From a virus: a stretch of 64,000 nt of DNA. Every line of letters starts with the position of its first letter. Position 1 is the stretch's first letter. The translations under genes were made by a program, and so were the position numbers. Under the pieces are notes generated by a model that made no database searches, was not told where the DNA came from, and worked only from the letters and a program-made list of their open reading frames with translations. Positions 1 through 10,444 of this stretch are shown piece after piece. Location: the IMG/VR virus record IMGVR_UViG_3300008114_000013. One strand, given 5' to 3'.

Positions 1-1224
1 TTTTACTTTTATAGCTACCTCTTTATCAAATGATTTAGCAATTGGTTTAGAAGTTTTTGCTACTGCTAATAATTCGTTTGCGTCATTATACAAACCAACG
101 GTTGTAATATATACATGCGGGTCTCTCTCAAACAAAGGTTGTACAAATGCACCTACTGAACCAGTTACGAATGTAGGATTGTTAGAGAAGTTAAATTCTC
201 TATTGTTTGCTCTTACAAAGTAATGAGATGTAGAAACATTTTCAGTTCTACGAGCTTGGAAATCAGCTCCTTTCTTCAATGCATCATATAATTTCAATGA
301 ACCAGATACTGAACCTGATTGATGATATAATGCGGTTGTTGAACCCGCTGCTGCTGATAATTCACCACCAACCGATGCAGAAAGTGCAGTTGGGTTTAAT
401 AAGATGATACCCATATCAGGATAGAATAAACCGTATCCTTGTTGTGTATATGTATCGGAATACTGTGCAATTGAAGCAGTTAAAGATGTTCCAATGTTTA
501 ATGCACCACTAACCATATTATAAACTCTACCCGCAGTTGTTACATTTTCACCAGTTCCACCTGAATCATCAATTAAGGTGATATATCCAGCTGAACCTGA
601 TAGTGCAATTTGTATATTTCCTGGGTCTAATTTTTCTTTATATCTAGCTCTATTAATGTTAAGTACATAGAATGATGATAAATCATGTCCTCCTGCAGTT
701 GAACCAGTATAAACACTAAAATATGCATCAGCTGCATCTAACAATACATTCTTAAATTGGTTATAAACCGCAGTTGTTTGTAAATTTGAATCATCATTTT
801 GAGATAATGTAGGTGTTCCTTTTCCATCTACATCACCATACGCAATTGAGAATTGAACCTCTGCGGAAGTGGATGATGTTGCAAGATTGTATACATCCAA
901 ATAGTATTTACCACTTACAGAGTTCAACTGTGTCGATGATGTGAAAAAATTAGTTAATGAACCCTCATCACCACTCCATATTCCAGAAGTTACAATTTCT
1001 GTTCTGTTGGTTACCTTATCAATTGCTCCAAATTTCTTATATATACCATTTGTAATGGTGGTTATATCCGAACTAATCTGTTCACCCTGACCTAAAAATT
1101 GGTTTACAATGCTAACTAATTCATTTGTATCGATAGGAGTACCTGCTACATTTGACTGTCCTGCCAAGTATTGAGCTATATTACTTGCTAAAAGGGCTCC
1201 TCTATTGTCTCTAATTAATGCCAT
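1..1224 (-). CDS. Tail/baseplate-associated virion protein with a C-terminal tail-collar-fibre (DUF3751-like) motif; runs off the window edge
   Basis: Not in the ORF track. ATG at 1224 (MALIRDNRG...), open to base 1, ending ...VGLYNDANELLAVAKTSKPIAKSFDKEVAIKVK, typical of fibre-attachment domains. Confidence 0.7.
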   Translation of the reverse strand, partial: MALIRDNRGALLASNIAQYLAGQSNVAGTPIDTNELVSIVNQFLGQGEQISSDITTITNGIYKKFGAIDKVTNRTEIVTSGIWSGDEGSLTNFFTSSTQLNSVSGKYYLDVYNLATSSTSAEVQFSIAYGDVDGKGTPTLSQNDDSNLQTTAVYNQFKNVLLDAADAYFSVYTGSTAGGHDLSSFYVLNINRARYKEKLDPGNIQIALSGSAGYITLIDDSGGTGENVTTAGRVYNMVSGALNIGTSLTASIAQYSDTYTQQGYGLFYPDMGIILLNPTALSASVGGELSAAAGSTTALYHQSGSVSGSLKLYDALKKGADFQARRTENVSTSHYFVRANNREFNFSNNPTFVTGSVGAFVQPLFERDPHVYITTVGLYNDANELLAVAKTSKPIAKSFDKEVAIKVK

Positions 1225-1232
1225 AGTTTATT

Positions 1233-1856
1233 TTATTGAACGTAAGTTATCGTTACTGGTATTGTTTGTGAACCACCAGTTTCGTTACCATAAACTGTAA
1301 TTGTAGTTTTGATAGTCGAAGTTAATGATGGGTTTGGAATAAATTTAAATGTCAATCCTTTTGCAATTGCCGCAGTTGCAGATACATCATCACCAATAAA
1401 TACTGGTACTGAACCTACATCGGAAGTCACACCTTCACCTACAATATCACCTGCGTTTTTGTTAGAAAGAACAATAGTATATCCTAAACTTCTATTTCCA
1501 GCTGGGGATGTAGTTGGAGATAATGATACCTCACCACTTCTTTGATTAACCGAAATAGTTGGTATACCGAACTCTACAACAGGAATACGAGTTGTGTTTT
1601 TAGGTAATGTTACTAATTTGTATTTCATTACTTGAGTTTCATCAGGATTAGCTTCCAATACTGGCATACCCTTAATAGCTGCATCATAATATGCAGAACC
1701 AAGTGGGTGTGCTGGTTCGTATAAAGTGTAATCAATCTCATCATCTGCTAACGCAAATTGAGTGATGTTTAATCCTTGACCTGATGCTAATTTTTCTCTA
1801 CCCTTTTTAGTAAGAATTGCATCGACAGTTAATTCGCTATTACTTAAATATCCCAT
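1233..1856 (-). CDS. Virion structural protein (tail-collar/baseplate-associated)
   Basis: N-terminal ILTKKGREKLA...ITQFALADD motif; structural context; late-type promoter upstream. Confidence 0.6.
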   Translation of the reverse strand: MGYLSNSELTVDAILTKKGREKLASGQGLNITQFALADDEIDYTLYEPAHPLGSAYYDAAIKGMPVLEANPDETQVMKYKLVTLPKNTTRIPVVEFGIPTISVNQRSGEVSLSPTTSPAGNRSLGYTIVLSNKNAGDIVGEGVTSDVGSVPVFIGDDVSATAAIAKGLTFKFIPNPSLTSTIKTTITVYGNETGGSQTIPVTITYVQ

Positions 1857-1878
1857 AATATTTTATTATTCTTTTGTT

Positions 1879-1886
1879 TATAAATA
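1879..1886 (-). promoter_or_regulatory. Putative late promoter TATTTATA
   Basis: The same TA(T/C/A)TTAT(A/T) element recurs shortly upstream of starts at ~6900, 13460, 16148, 22222, 30210, 31912, 42936, 47922 and 63804. Confidence 0.6.
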
Positions 1887-1905
1887 TAATAATTTTTAAA
1901 TTTCG

Positions 1906-4900
1906 TTATTCTACTTCCAAAATAGGTTCGGAAGAATCTCTACCAGTCTTATTTACTCTTAATGTATTTGGATTAGATGTAAATGTTTCAATAGGTGAAC
2001 TTCCATCCAATGTAGTTGCCGAAGTATTTTTAGAACCTCTAAAGAAACTATTTTGCAATCCTCTTGTTAAATCGGATGTAAATTTATTATGTGTTGGTAA
2101 ATAACCATCTACATTTTTTACTTCTATTATATTACCTTTAACAGTGGGTACGGTAGAACCACTAAATGGTTGTATATTTAATTTTGTTTCAGTATATGTT
2201 TCAATATCCGAAACATAACCACCACGAGGGTCACCCAATCCGTTAGCCGAAGCAGTTATTGCAAATTTCTGTATAATTCTTTCTTTTTCTTCCGTAACCA
2301 ATTGTACTCTAACTCTTTCTTTTACTACTCTGTTATCCTTATTAAAATATGTTCTAATTGCGGAGCCACTCTGTGCATAAATACCAAACCCAATTGTTTC
2401 AAATTCAGTTTGTCCTATAATTTGATTTGAATTTGAACTAACAATTTCACTTACAATTGTAGGGTCTCCCAATTCTGCATCTATAGTAATTTCTTTTTGG
2501 TAATAATCCGAATTAAAAACAAAATTAGAATTCATATCAATAGTAGAATCCTGTTGATAGTTTTCGGCCAATAAATTATTTACCGATGCAGTTGAAATTA
2601 ATGCTTCATACTGATTATTTTCTGCCGTTAAATTTTGTGATATATTGGCATCTATTAATGTTTCTTTTTGAATATCTTCAAATGAAATAACACTAGTATC
2701 AGATAATTTTATTTCAGTTTCTTTCTGATAATCATCTGCAGTAGGTTTTTTGTGAACAACTTTACTTCTTTCTAAAAAGTGTGGTTCTATTAATAGACCA
2801 GTGGTTGCTTTAACCCTTGCAGGTAACATTTTCTTTAAATCTTCAAACATAGATTTCTCATATAGTTTGATTAGATTTATATAAGAATAAATATCTCTAT
2901 TATCAAATCTTTGGAAATAATAATTTCTTAAATTATCCAATGATTTGTAATTTGGTTTATAATCATCTGATGGGTCCCCAATATAATTATCGATATTCAA
3001 TCCACCAAAAGTTTTGGCAATATCCATATTCAACTCTTTTGTAGGAGAAAAGAATAAACCAACCCTGTTAGAATCGGTTGGAGATTGGTCAAATGCCTTT
3101 TTAGTTGCTCTACTTTTTATTGATAAATCTACACCGACACTTCCGGATATTTTTTGATTAGTTAGAGTATATTGGTCTTCAAATCTAATCTTATTAGTTG
3201 AGAACCTACTCGCTCCACCATCTGGATATTCCATCACAATCGTTCTATCAATTACTTCAAATTGGAATGGGTATTCACTTACAGATGGAAAACCAATTGC
3301 TGATGCGGATAATAATGGTGTAAGGTTTACTGAATATAATGAAGCGGTAGTTCCGTTTTCATAATGATTTCTAGTCAAACCATTTTCAAAATAAATGTTA
3401 GTATCAACATTTATTAACGAAGATGTTTCTGCTAAATTTTTAGGATATTCAAAATCTAAACGGAAATATAAATCATCGGTTGAAGATGAAACACTATTTC
3501 CATTAATCATTTCAGGGAATGAAACGTGTTCGTAGAATTTTTCAGTATCCAATACTTCAGACCATAAACGAAATTCATCCACACTACCAATATAGTTTCC
3601 ACCCAATTTAATCGTAGAACCATTATTCCAATTTGTATAATTAGAAGATGATATTGATTCTTGGAATATAGTTCTTTCTTTATCGGCTTGTCTTACATCT
3701 AATTTTAATCCAGCGGAACCACTACTTACGGATATACCAAAAAACTTACCATTAAATATTGGTAATGTTGAAGTTTCTATTGATAGTGAACCACTATAAT
3801 TAAATTTAACTTTACCATAATCACTATTTGTAGAACCACTTAAATTTACATTCCAACCACTACCACTTATTAAAGTATATTGGGATGATTCTAATGGTTT
3901 TACAAATAACTCAATCGTATTTGGTTTAAGACTAGAAGTATTATTTGTTTGTTTCCACTCCATCTCTATTGATGAAGTTAATGTCATATTAAGACCTGTA
4001 GTGATATTATCTAATACCAACTTACTTTTGGATGTATCACCTACTTCAGGACCTCCAAATTCTAAAATTGAAAGATTAGATGATGGAATTCCATAACATG
4101 CCATTAAAGCATGTATACCTCTTCTAGTACCTTTATGTTTAAGTAAATATGGTAAGTTGTTTACAATTCTTCTCCAAACTTCGTTAGTTCTTTGTTTTGC
4201 TGGGTTTGATTCCCTATCATTACCTTCTTTATCTTTACCAAACACATAACTCCACAAATCAGCATCTGCTGCTAAATTTTTAGCGTCCCAACTAAATGAT
4301 TTTAATGTATCAAAAAGTAATTTGTCAGAAATACCATCTTTCGATTTATATCCTAATCCCCTACTTTTTTCAATTGATTTGGTATGGAAATAGATATTAT
4401 CAAAATGATGTCCAATCATTGAAAAGAATAATAATAAACTTTCATTTTCATTATTATTAACAATGTATTGAGGTATATTGTTTAATACATAATTTGAATT
4501 ATTGGCATCATATATATTTGCAAGTTCTTCTATATTACTGTACCAATTAGAAACTTCATTAGATGTACTCAATCTTCGAGTCGCTCCGTTATAAGGCCAA
4601 CTTAAAGAAGATGATGTGTATAAGAATTTTTCAAATCCATCAAATCCGTTTACTAATTGATTTTTCTTTAATTGTTGTCTTTCTGCTTCCTGTATAGATG
4701 GTAACGAACCACTATGTGCCTGTGATGCGTTAGCTGCTGCTAAAGCAGTTTCATACACTTCAATGAGTTGAACTTTATAAACAAAATTAGCAATACGTTC
4801 ATTTGCAGAACTAAAATGAACAAAATTTTCCCATAAATAAGTAGAACCAGATGAGTATTCGATATTTAATTCATCCGTAGTTATTAACGATGAACTTAAA

Positions 4901-6882
4901 TATAGTGATATTAACTCATTAGAAGATGTAGAACTATCTAGTATTATATTATCTAATGATTCATAATTAGTAGATTGTCCTTTTACAAAATCTACATCAA
5001 TTGTAAAATTAGGTCCTTTTATTGGTGGACAACTTACATCATTATTTTCCGTTAATACAACCGTTTCAATTAAAGGATTACTCATTAATTTTGTAATCCA
5101 GAATGTTGAATTATTCTGTATATTAGCAGGTAATGGTGAATATAATTTTAATATAATTGAATTAACAACATCATTTGGAGCAACAAACGTATTACCTAAA
5201 TTATCCGTAGATTTTTTAGATAATGTAAAATCATCGGTTTCCCATGATGAAATTATAATTTGTTCATCGTTTCCAAAATTAGCAAGGTGAGTTAAATACT
5301 TACTTTCTTTTGAAGGTTCATCAATTTTTAATTTTTCAGAAAAAGCATTAAATAAAGCGTTAGTAATTATATCTTCATTTAATGAAAGTGTTGGAAGTGT
5401 TAATTTTGTCAACACTTCGTATTCATTACCAATTAACTCCTCTGCTCCACTTCGATTATATGGTTTTAGTATTAATGTTATATTGTCACTACCAACCCAA
5501 TTTGGATAATTTTCTCTTAATTTTTTAAGATTAATTTTTATAGAACCGTTTGGTGGTTGATTACTTAATAATCCAATTTTACTGCCATCTTTTTGTTTTA
5601 ACCAAACATCAACCGATGAAACTGCAAAAGAGGAATATGAAACTTCATAATCAATGTTAAAATCAGAAAATGATGGTACATCAATTGATTCTGCATATAT
5701 AACCTCCGTAATAGCAGGGAAATCATTTATTGCAGTAAATGTTACAATTGCTTCTACTCTAGTGCCTGTTCCGAATTTATTACTGGTTGGAACAAAAAAT
5801 ATCTTTTTAGAACCGTAAACCTCATTGAAATCTTTTTGAAAGAATAAGGTTACTTCTTTATCTGAAGCTGGAATTTCTAAAACTTTATCAGCTGAAAGAT
5901 ATACTAAAACAGAATCTGCAAATTCAGTATTAAATGGAATTGCTATACTTTTTTCTGTATCAGAATCTTTTACGTTAACATTATATTGTATTTGATTTAA
6001 TACTACTACAGGTGCTTCTGATTTAACTTCTTTTTCCGCTTCGATTACAACTCCTAATCCAGAATTTAGTAATGATGCTGGTAATTGGAATGCATAATTT
6101 TGTTTTGTTAATCTATCGTAATTAACTGAATCTGAACCAAATTGTTGAGTAGTTCCTGAATATATGTTTTTAATAAAAATGCCATCGGGTACATTACCTT
6201 TAATTTCAAAATTAACAACAGCACTATCTAAAACATTTTTAGGTATACTTCCAATCTGATTATTAGATAATTGCAATTCTCCATCTACACCTATGTTACC
6301 TTCAAATACAATTTGATATTTTAAACTTAAAGTAGTTAATTCTTTTATATTTGAATCAAACAAAATTTCATATCCAACCATCGGATTATCAACGGTTACC
6401 ACATCTGCAGGAGGTGGAGGTGGAGTTTGTGTTCGTCTTGCTACTTCTGTTTTAAATCTTAAACTTATAGTTCCAAAATTGAAATTTTGAGTTTGTTGTT
6501 CTTCCCATACATCATCTATTAATGAGTATTCAGTTACACCAATTCCTTCAACTATTTCATTTGCATATTGTAGTTGTTTGGTATTAATTATAAATTTAGA
6601 TAATACTTTACCATTATCTAAATTTGCAGTATAAGTTTTGGGACCATTAAATTGTAAAGATGAATTATATACAATATCAACAGATTTACCATATCCAGTA
6701 GATACACCTTCTTCAAAAAACTCTAAATCATTAGTTTCACTTACTAAATAAATTTTTAAACTAGAGGGAGGACTACTTGGTCTATATGTGGGGGCATTAA
6801 AAGGAGCCTCTCCATTGCTAGATGGGATTCCTGCGTTATTAGTAAAATCAGGATAGGAGTATAGACCGTTTTGTTCTGCCAT
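1906..6882 (-). CDS. Large baseplate wedge/tail protein (P2 gpI/T4 gp7-like motif plus LamG-like domain)
   Basis: 1658 aa; LPYLLKHKGTRRGIHALMACYG wedge motif; TIELFVKP...GSVDEFRLWS LamG-like segment. Confidence 0.65.
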   Translation of the reverse strand: MAEQNGLYSYPDFTNNAGIPSSNGEAPFNAPTYRPSSPPSSLKIYLVSETNDLEFFEEGVSTGYGKSVDIVYNSSLQFNGPKTYTANLDNGKVLSKFIINTKQLQYANEIVEGIGVTEYSLIDDVWEEQQTQNFNFGTISLRFKTEVARRTQTPPPPPADVVTVDNPMVGYEILFDSNIKELTTLSLKYQIVFEGNIGVDGELQLSNNQIGSIPKNVLDSAVVNFEIKGNVPDGIFIKNIYSGTTQQFGSDSVNYDRLTKQNYAFQLPASLLNSGLGVVIEAEKEVKSEAPVVVLNQIQYNVNVKDSDTEKSIAIPFNTEFADSVLVYLSADKVLEIPASDKEVTLFFQKDFNEVYGSKKIFFVPTSNKFGTGTRVEAIVTFTAINDFPAITEVIYAESIDVPSFSDFNIDYEVSYSSFAVSSVDVWLKQKDGSKIGLLSNQPPNGSIKINLKKLRENYPNWVGSDNITLILKPYNRSGAEELIGNEYEVLTKLTLPTLSLNEDIITNALFNAFSEKLKIDEPSKESKYLTHLANFGNDEQIIISSWETDDFTLSKKSTDNLGNTFVAPNDVVNSIILKLYSPLPANIQNNSTFWITKLMSNPLIETVVLTENNDVSCPPIKGPNFTIDVDFVKGQSTNYESLDNIILDSSTSSNELISLYLSSSLITTDELNIEYSSGSTYLWENFVHFSSANERIANFVYKVQLIEVYETALAAANASQAHSGSLPSIQEAERQQLKKNQLVNGFDGFEKFLYTSSSLSWPYNGATRRLSTSNEVSNWYSNIEELANIYDANNSNYVLNNIPQYIVNNNENESLLLFFSMIGHHFDNIYFHTKSIEKSRGLGYKSKDGISDKLLFDTLKSFSWDAKNLAADADLWSYVFGKDKEGNDRESNPAKQRTNEVWRRIVNNLPYLLKHKGTRRGIHALMACYGIPSSNLSILEFGGPEVGDTSKSKLVLDNITTGLNMTLTSSIEMEWKQTNNTSSLKPNTIELFVKPLESSQYTLISGSGWNVNLSGSTNSDYGKVKFNYSGSLSIETSTLPIFNGKFFGISVSSGSAGLKLDVRQADKERTIFQESISSSNYTNWNNGSTIKLGGNYIGSVDEFRLWSEVLDTEKFYEHVSFPEMINGNSVSSSTDDLYFRLDFEYPKNLAETSSLINVDTNIYFENGLTRNHYENGTTASLYSVNLTPLLSASAIGFPSVSEYPFQFEVIDRTIVMEYPDGGASRFSTNKIRFEDQYTLTNQKISGSVGVDLSIKSRATKKAFDQSPTDSNRVGLFFSPTKELNMDIAKTFGGLNIDNYIGDPSDDYKPNYKSLDNLRNYYFQRFDNRDIYSYINLIKLYEKSMFEDLKKMLPARVKATTGLLIEPHFLERSKVVHKKPTADDYQKETEIKLSDTSVISFEDIQKETLIDANISQNLTAENNQYEALISTASVNNLLAENYQQDSTIDMNSNFVFNSDYYQKEITIDAELGDPTIVSEIVSSNSNQIIGQTEFETIGFGIYAQSGSAIRTYFNKDNRVVKERVRVQLVTEEKERIIQKFAITASANGLGDPRGGYVSDIETYTETKLNIQPFSGSTVPTVKGNIIEVKNVDGYLPTHNKFTSDLTRGLQNSFFRGSKNTSATTLDGSSPIETFTSNPNTLRVNKTGRDSSEPILEVE

Positions 6883-6915
6883 CGATTACTTTTGTTTTAT
6901 ATAAGTATTTTAATA

Positions 6916-8220
6916 TTATTTTATTGCCCCACGAGGTCTTTTAGTTGTTACCAATCCAGCTGCTTCATCTCTAAACGAAATTTCACCAGGTGTGAACACA
7001 TCAACAGTTCCTTCACCCATTGTTACAGTTTGTTCACCAGTTCCTCCGCCTGTTGTTACAACTGGTGGTTCAAAAACAGGCTCTGGCATTGTTACAGGAG
7101 CCTTCTCTTCTACTACAGGTATTTTCGGAGGAGGTTGTAATGCAGGTGGTTGTGGTGGTATAACTTCAACTGGTGTGGGTGGAGTTACATTTGAGATACC
7201 TTCAAATGATACTGCTACCAATTCTGGGGAATACACATTTCTTACAATTTCTACTTTAGTATCATAAGCTTCCACTAAATTTTGAATTTCTTTTTTAACT
7301 TCTTCTACTCCAAATTCAATAGGTAACTTTTCATATTTTACAACCCTTCTACTTAATGTTTTTATATTAAATGTTATAGAATTATTTAAAATATTTTTTA
7401 TTTCATTTAATAAATAATTGAAATCATATTGTTCACAATCATCAAATCGTTTCTCCGATGGAGAACCAAATGTAGATTGAGCAATATCATAATTTTTATT
7501 GTTTAACCAATAATTAACACTATCTCTGAAATCTGTAAATATTTTAGTTTTAAATGCATTAAAGTTACTTAATCCAAAATCTTTTTTAAGAACTGATTGA
7601 AAATCATTTCCAAATTTTGCTGTCAATGCATCATCTATAGATTGTAAAGATGTTCTTTCAAACGAATCCAATCCATCTAATATATTTTTTTTATAGTATT
7701 TAAAATCTCTATTTAGATTGTTTAAGTTTAAAAATTGTTTAGTATTAGTTGCGTTTATTTCAGGACTGTTAGTTTTTAATGGTATAATACGAAGTTCTGC
7801 TCTTGATGGGGATATTTCATGTATCCAAACTCTTTCTAGTTCGTTTTCACTACCAATTCTACTACGAACAAAGTTTATATTAACTTTAAGGATTCCGTTT
7901 GTAAATCCTAAATCATTCAATAATTTTTCAATATTAATAGCAAGTTCTTTTTTACCTAATGTATTAGTAAGTGAATACATATATGAACCTATATTATTTT
8001 TTTTTATATATGCTACATTTTTTCCTGATTTTTGGGGTAAGAGTATATTGTTAATATCATATACAGATACTTCCATTACATCATATTTACATTCACCAAA
8101 TTCGGCTTCCTCTGTTTGATTTTTAGTAACAATAAATAAATCTTCAGCAACGAGAAATTGTCCTTCATTGGTTGAATTTGAATTTATGCTATCAAAATTT
8201 GTATATTTTCTAATACTCAT
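6916..8220 (-). CDS. Putative virion protein with Pro-rich C-terminus
   Basis: 434-aa ORF in the structural operon. Confidence 0.5.
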   Translation of the reverse strand: MSIRKYTNFDSINSNSTNEGQFLVAEDLFIVTKNQTEEAEFGECKYDVMEVSVYDINNILLPQKSGKNVAYIKKNNIGSYMYSLTNTLGKKELAINIEKLLNDLGFTNGILKVNINFVRSRIGSENELERVWIHEISPSRAELRIIPLKTNSPEINATNTKQFLNLNNLNRDFKYYKKNILDGLDSFERTSLQSIDDALTAKFGNDFQSVLKKDFGLSNFNAFKTKIFTDFRDSVNYWLNNKNYDIAQSTFGSPSEKRFDDCEQYDFNYLLNEIKNILNNSITFNIKTLSRRVVKYEKLPIEFGVEEVKKEIQNLVEAYDTKVEIVRNVYSPELVAVSFEGISNVTPPTPVEVIPPQPPALQPPPKIPVVEEKAPVTMPEPVFEPPVVTTGGGTGEQTVTMGEGTVDVFTPGEISFRDEAAGLVTTKRPRGAIK

Positions 8221-8230
8221 AATTTATATA

Positions 8231-9379
8231 TTAATACGAACCCGGATTTGCTTTTACAATATTACATGGGTATTCTTTAAATTCAGTTGTACCATCTTTT
8301 TTAGTTGCAATAACTTTTATAGTTCCTTTATATTCGGTAGTAGACCCCCAACCAATAAATTTGGATTCGGATTCAGCACTTTTTGGTACTGCGTTAGCTT
8401 TTATTTTAAATTCTATAGTTTCATTTCCACCACCAGCTAAATCAAAATTATTCTTTGGTATAATTAACCAATTCCAATTGTTTGCCAATTTAACTTGAAA
8501 TGTTATGTTTACAGGTTGAGTATCGTTGTTTGTTATAGCCAATTGACCACCTGCTTCCCATTTAGTTGCATTGTAATCTTTTGCATTAATTTTACCAGCT
8601 AATCCCTTTGTTATATCAGTTCTAGTTGTTGCGCCTGACCACTTAATGATTGTGGTTTTAACTAAAATATCACCACCACTTGCTAATGCGGTATTGGATG
8701 CAGATTGTTGTATGGCCTGTTGTTGTTGAACTGCTCCTAATTGAGATTGTAATCCTTCAATTATGGAATTCAACGAATCAATTTGTTTAATTAGGGCTTC
8801 AATTTGTGCTTTAAATCCTGCATTTTGAGATTGTAATGATGCTCTTAAAATGGATTCATCTACTGATTTTTGTACTGCAGATTGTATCTGTGTTGCAAAT
8901 TGTTCAATCACTTTTGATAACGCATCCAACTGATTAGCCAATATATCATTGGTTTGCTCTATTGCTAATCTTTTATTAGTTTCAGATAACACTTGTGATG
9001 TTAAAGTGTTGATTTCAGCATTTAAAACTTCAATATCCGTTGTTAATTTTTGAACCTGTTTTCTTAAATCCGCATTAGTAAGAACTTCAGCGTCGTATAA
9101 TGGTTTAGGTACTAAATCAAGATTTACTGTAGGGATATTTGGTTTTAATTCCTTAACTTCAGTATCAATTGCTTTTAAAAGTTCAACATCATCTAATTTA
9201 GATTTAACCAATGGTTTGAATATCAAAGATGATGCGATATTATCTTCACTAACTACGGTTACACCATATTCATTTTTAGAAACAGCAGCAGACCCTGATA
9301 CTTTTAGAATGTTTTCTAAATCAGTGTTTCTTTTTTCTTCTAATTTTAATGCAATTGCTTCTAATGATGTTAATGCCAT
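8231..9379 (-). CDS. Coiled-coil virion protein with Ig-like C-terminal domain
   Basis: Long heptad/Gln-rich segment followed by a beta-rich C-terminus. Confidence 0.5.
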   Translation of the reverse strand: MALTSLEAIALKLEEKRNTDLENILKVSGSAAVSKNEYGVTVVSEDNIASSLIFKPLVKSKLDDVELLKAIDTEVKELKPNIPTVNLDLVPKPLYDAEVLTNADLRKQVQKLTTDIEVLNAEINTLTSQVLSETNKRLAIEQTNDILANQLDALSKVIEQFATQIQSAVQKSVDESILRASLQSQNAGFKAQIEALIKQIDSLNSIIEGLQSQLGAVQQQQAIQQSASNTALASGGDILVKTTIIKWSGATTRTDITKGLAGKINAKDYNATKWEAGGQLAITNNDTQPVNITFQVKLANNWNWLIIPKNNFDLAGGGNETIEFKIKANAVPKSAESESKFIGWGSTTEYKGTIKVIATKKDGTTEFKEYPCNIVKANPGSY

Positions 9380-9381
9380 TG

Positions 9382-10443
9382 TTATACTATTTGAAATGTT
9401 AATTTATCATCAATTATAGTAGATATTTCACCATCAATTATTTTTAATTTTAATCGGTATGTTCTATACAATGGTAATGTATTTAAATCTAAAATAAAAT
9501 AATTAGATGTGTTATCACATGAAATTTTAGTGTATTCTCCAAATGGAAATATAACATCGTTTGTGATATAATCTTCTAATTGATAATATGATGTTGTAGG
9601 TAAATACTTTGATTGGTCGTATTCAAATGTTGTTGAAAATGACTTTAAAGGAAACATATCTCTACCTTTAATTCTAATTTTTATTCTACTATCTTTAGTA
9701 TATTCCGTTTTTAAATTGGTAATAACTACCTTATAATCATCTTCAGCATAGCCAGTTACTGGTAATAAACTTCCAGTTGCAAAGGATGTGTCATTCCAAA
9801 CTACCTCTAATTTTGGTTCATATATCGTATTGGTTTCTTTAGAAAAGAATTTTAATACACCATAATCTAATGTATTTTCTTCGTTTTCTAATCCATGATG
9901 TACGATAAACCCATTATTTGGTATAGAACCACTTAACCATCCATTAACTATACCTGTCACATTGATTCTAATATCTGCATCTTCGTAGTTGTAAGATTGA
10001 GATGCCTGTGATGCCGTATACCATGTACCACCTTCCGCATTTGCAGAACCAGTTGTACCCGGTGTAAACACTGCGGTTCCTGCCGTAACATTATCTTGCC
10101 AAGTATTAACACCATTTCTGTATTTCCAACTTACACCATCTGATGTAATGTTATCGAATTTAGTACCAGTACCCATTGACCAACTCTGTGATATTGCGTT
10201 AGCGTGTATCGTATATTCTAAAGGAATTTCTTCCGCTTGGGAGGATTTTAGATTTAAATATACAATAGAACCACTTGGGATTCCCATATTAGCTACATCA
10301 AATTTTATTAAAGTTCTAGCTATATCTTTACTAGAACCATAATACAATTTACCAACCTCTAATATCTCATCTCTACCTGCATTTTGGTCTGGTTGTTGTA
10401 AGTAAATACTGGCATCGAACGATGATGTGAATAATTTATGCAT
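9382..10443 (-). CDS. DNRLRE-domain (carbohydrate-binding-like) virion protein
   Basis: DASIY...NAG...LEVG...RTLIKFD...FFSKE...PKLEV pattern. Confidence 0.65.
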   Translation of the reverse strand: MHKLFTSSFDASIYLQQPDQNAGRDEILEVGKLYYGSSKDIARTLIKFDVANMGIPSGSIVYLNLKSSQAEEIPLEYTIHANAISQSWSMGTGTKFDNITSDGVSWKYRNGVNTWQDNVTAGTAVFTPGTTGSANAEGGTWYTASQASQSYNYEDADIRINVTGIVNGWLSGSIPNNGFIVHHGLENEENTLDYGVLKFFSKETNTIYEPKLEVVWNDTSFATGSLLPVTGYAEDDYKVVITNLKTEYTKDSRIKIRIKGRDMFPLKSFSTTFEYDQSKYLPTTSYYQLEDYITNDVIFPFGEYTKISCDNTSNYFILDLNTLPLYRTYRLKLKIIDGEISTIIDDKLTFQIV

Positions 10444-10444
10444 A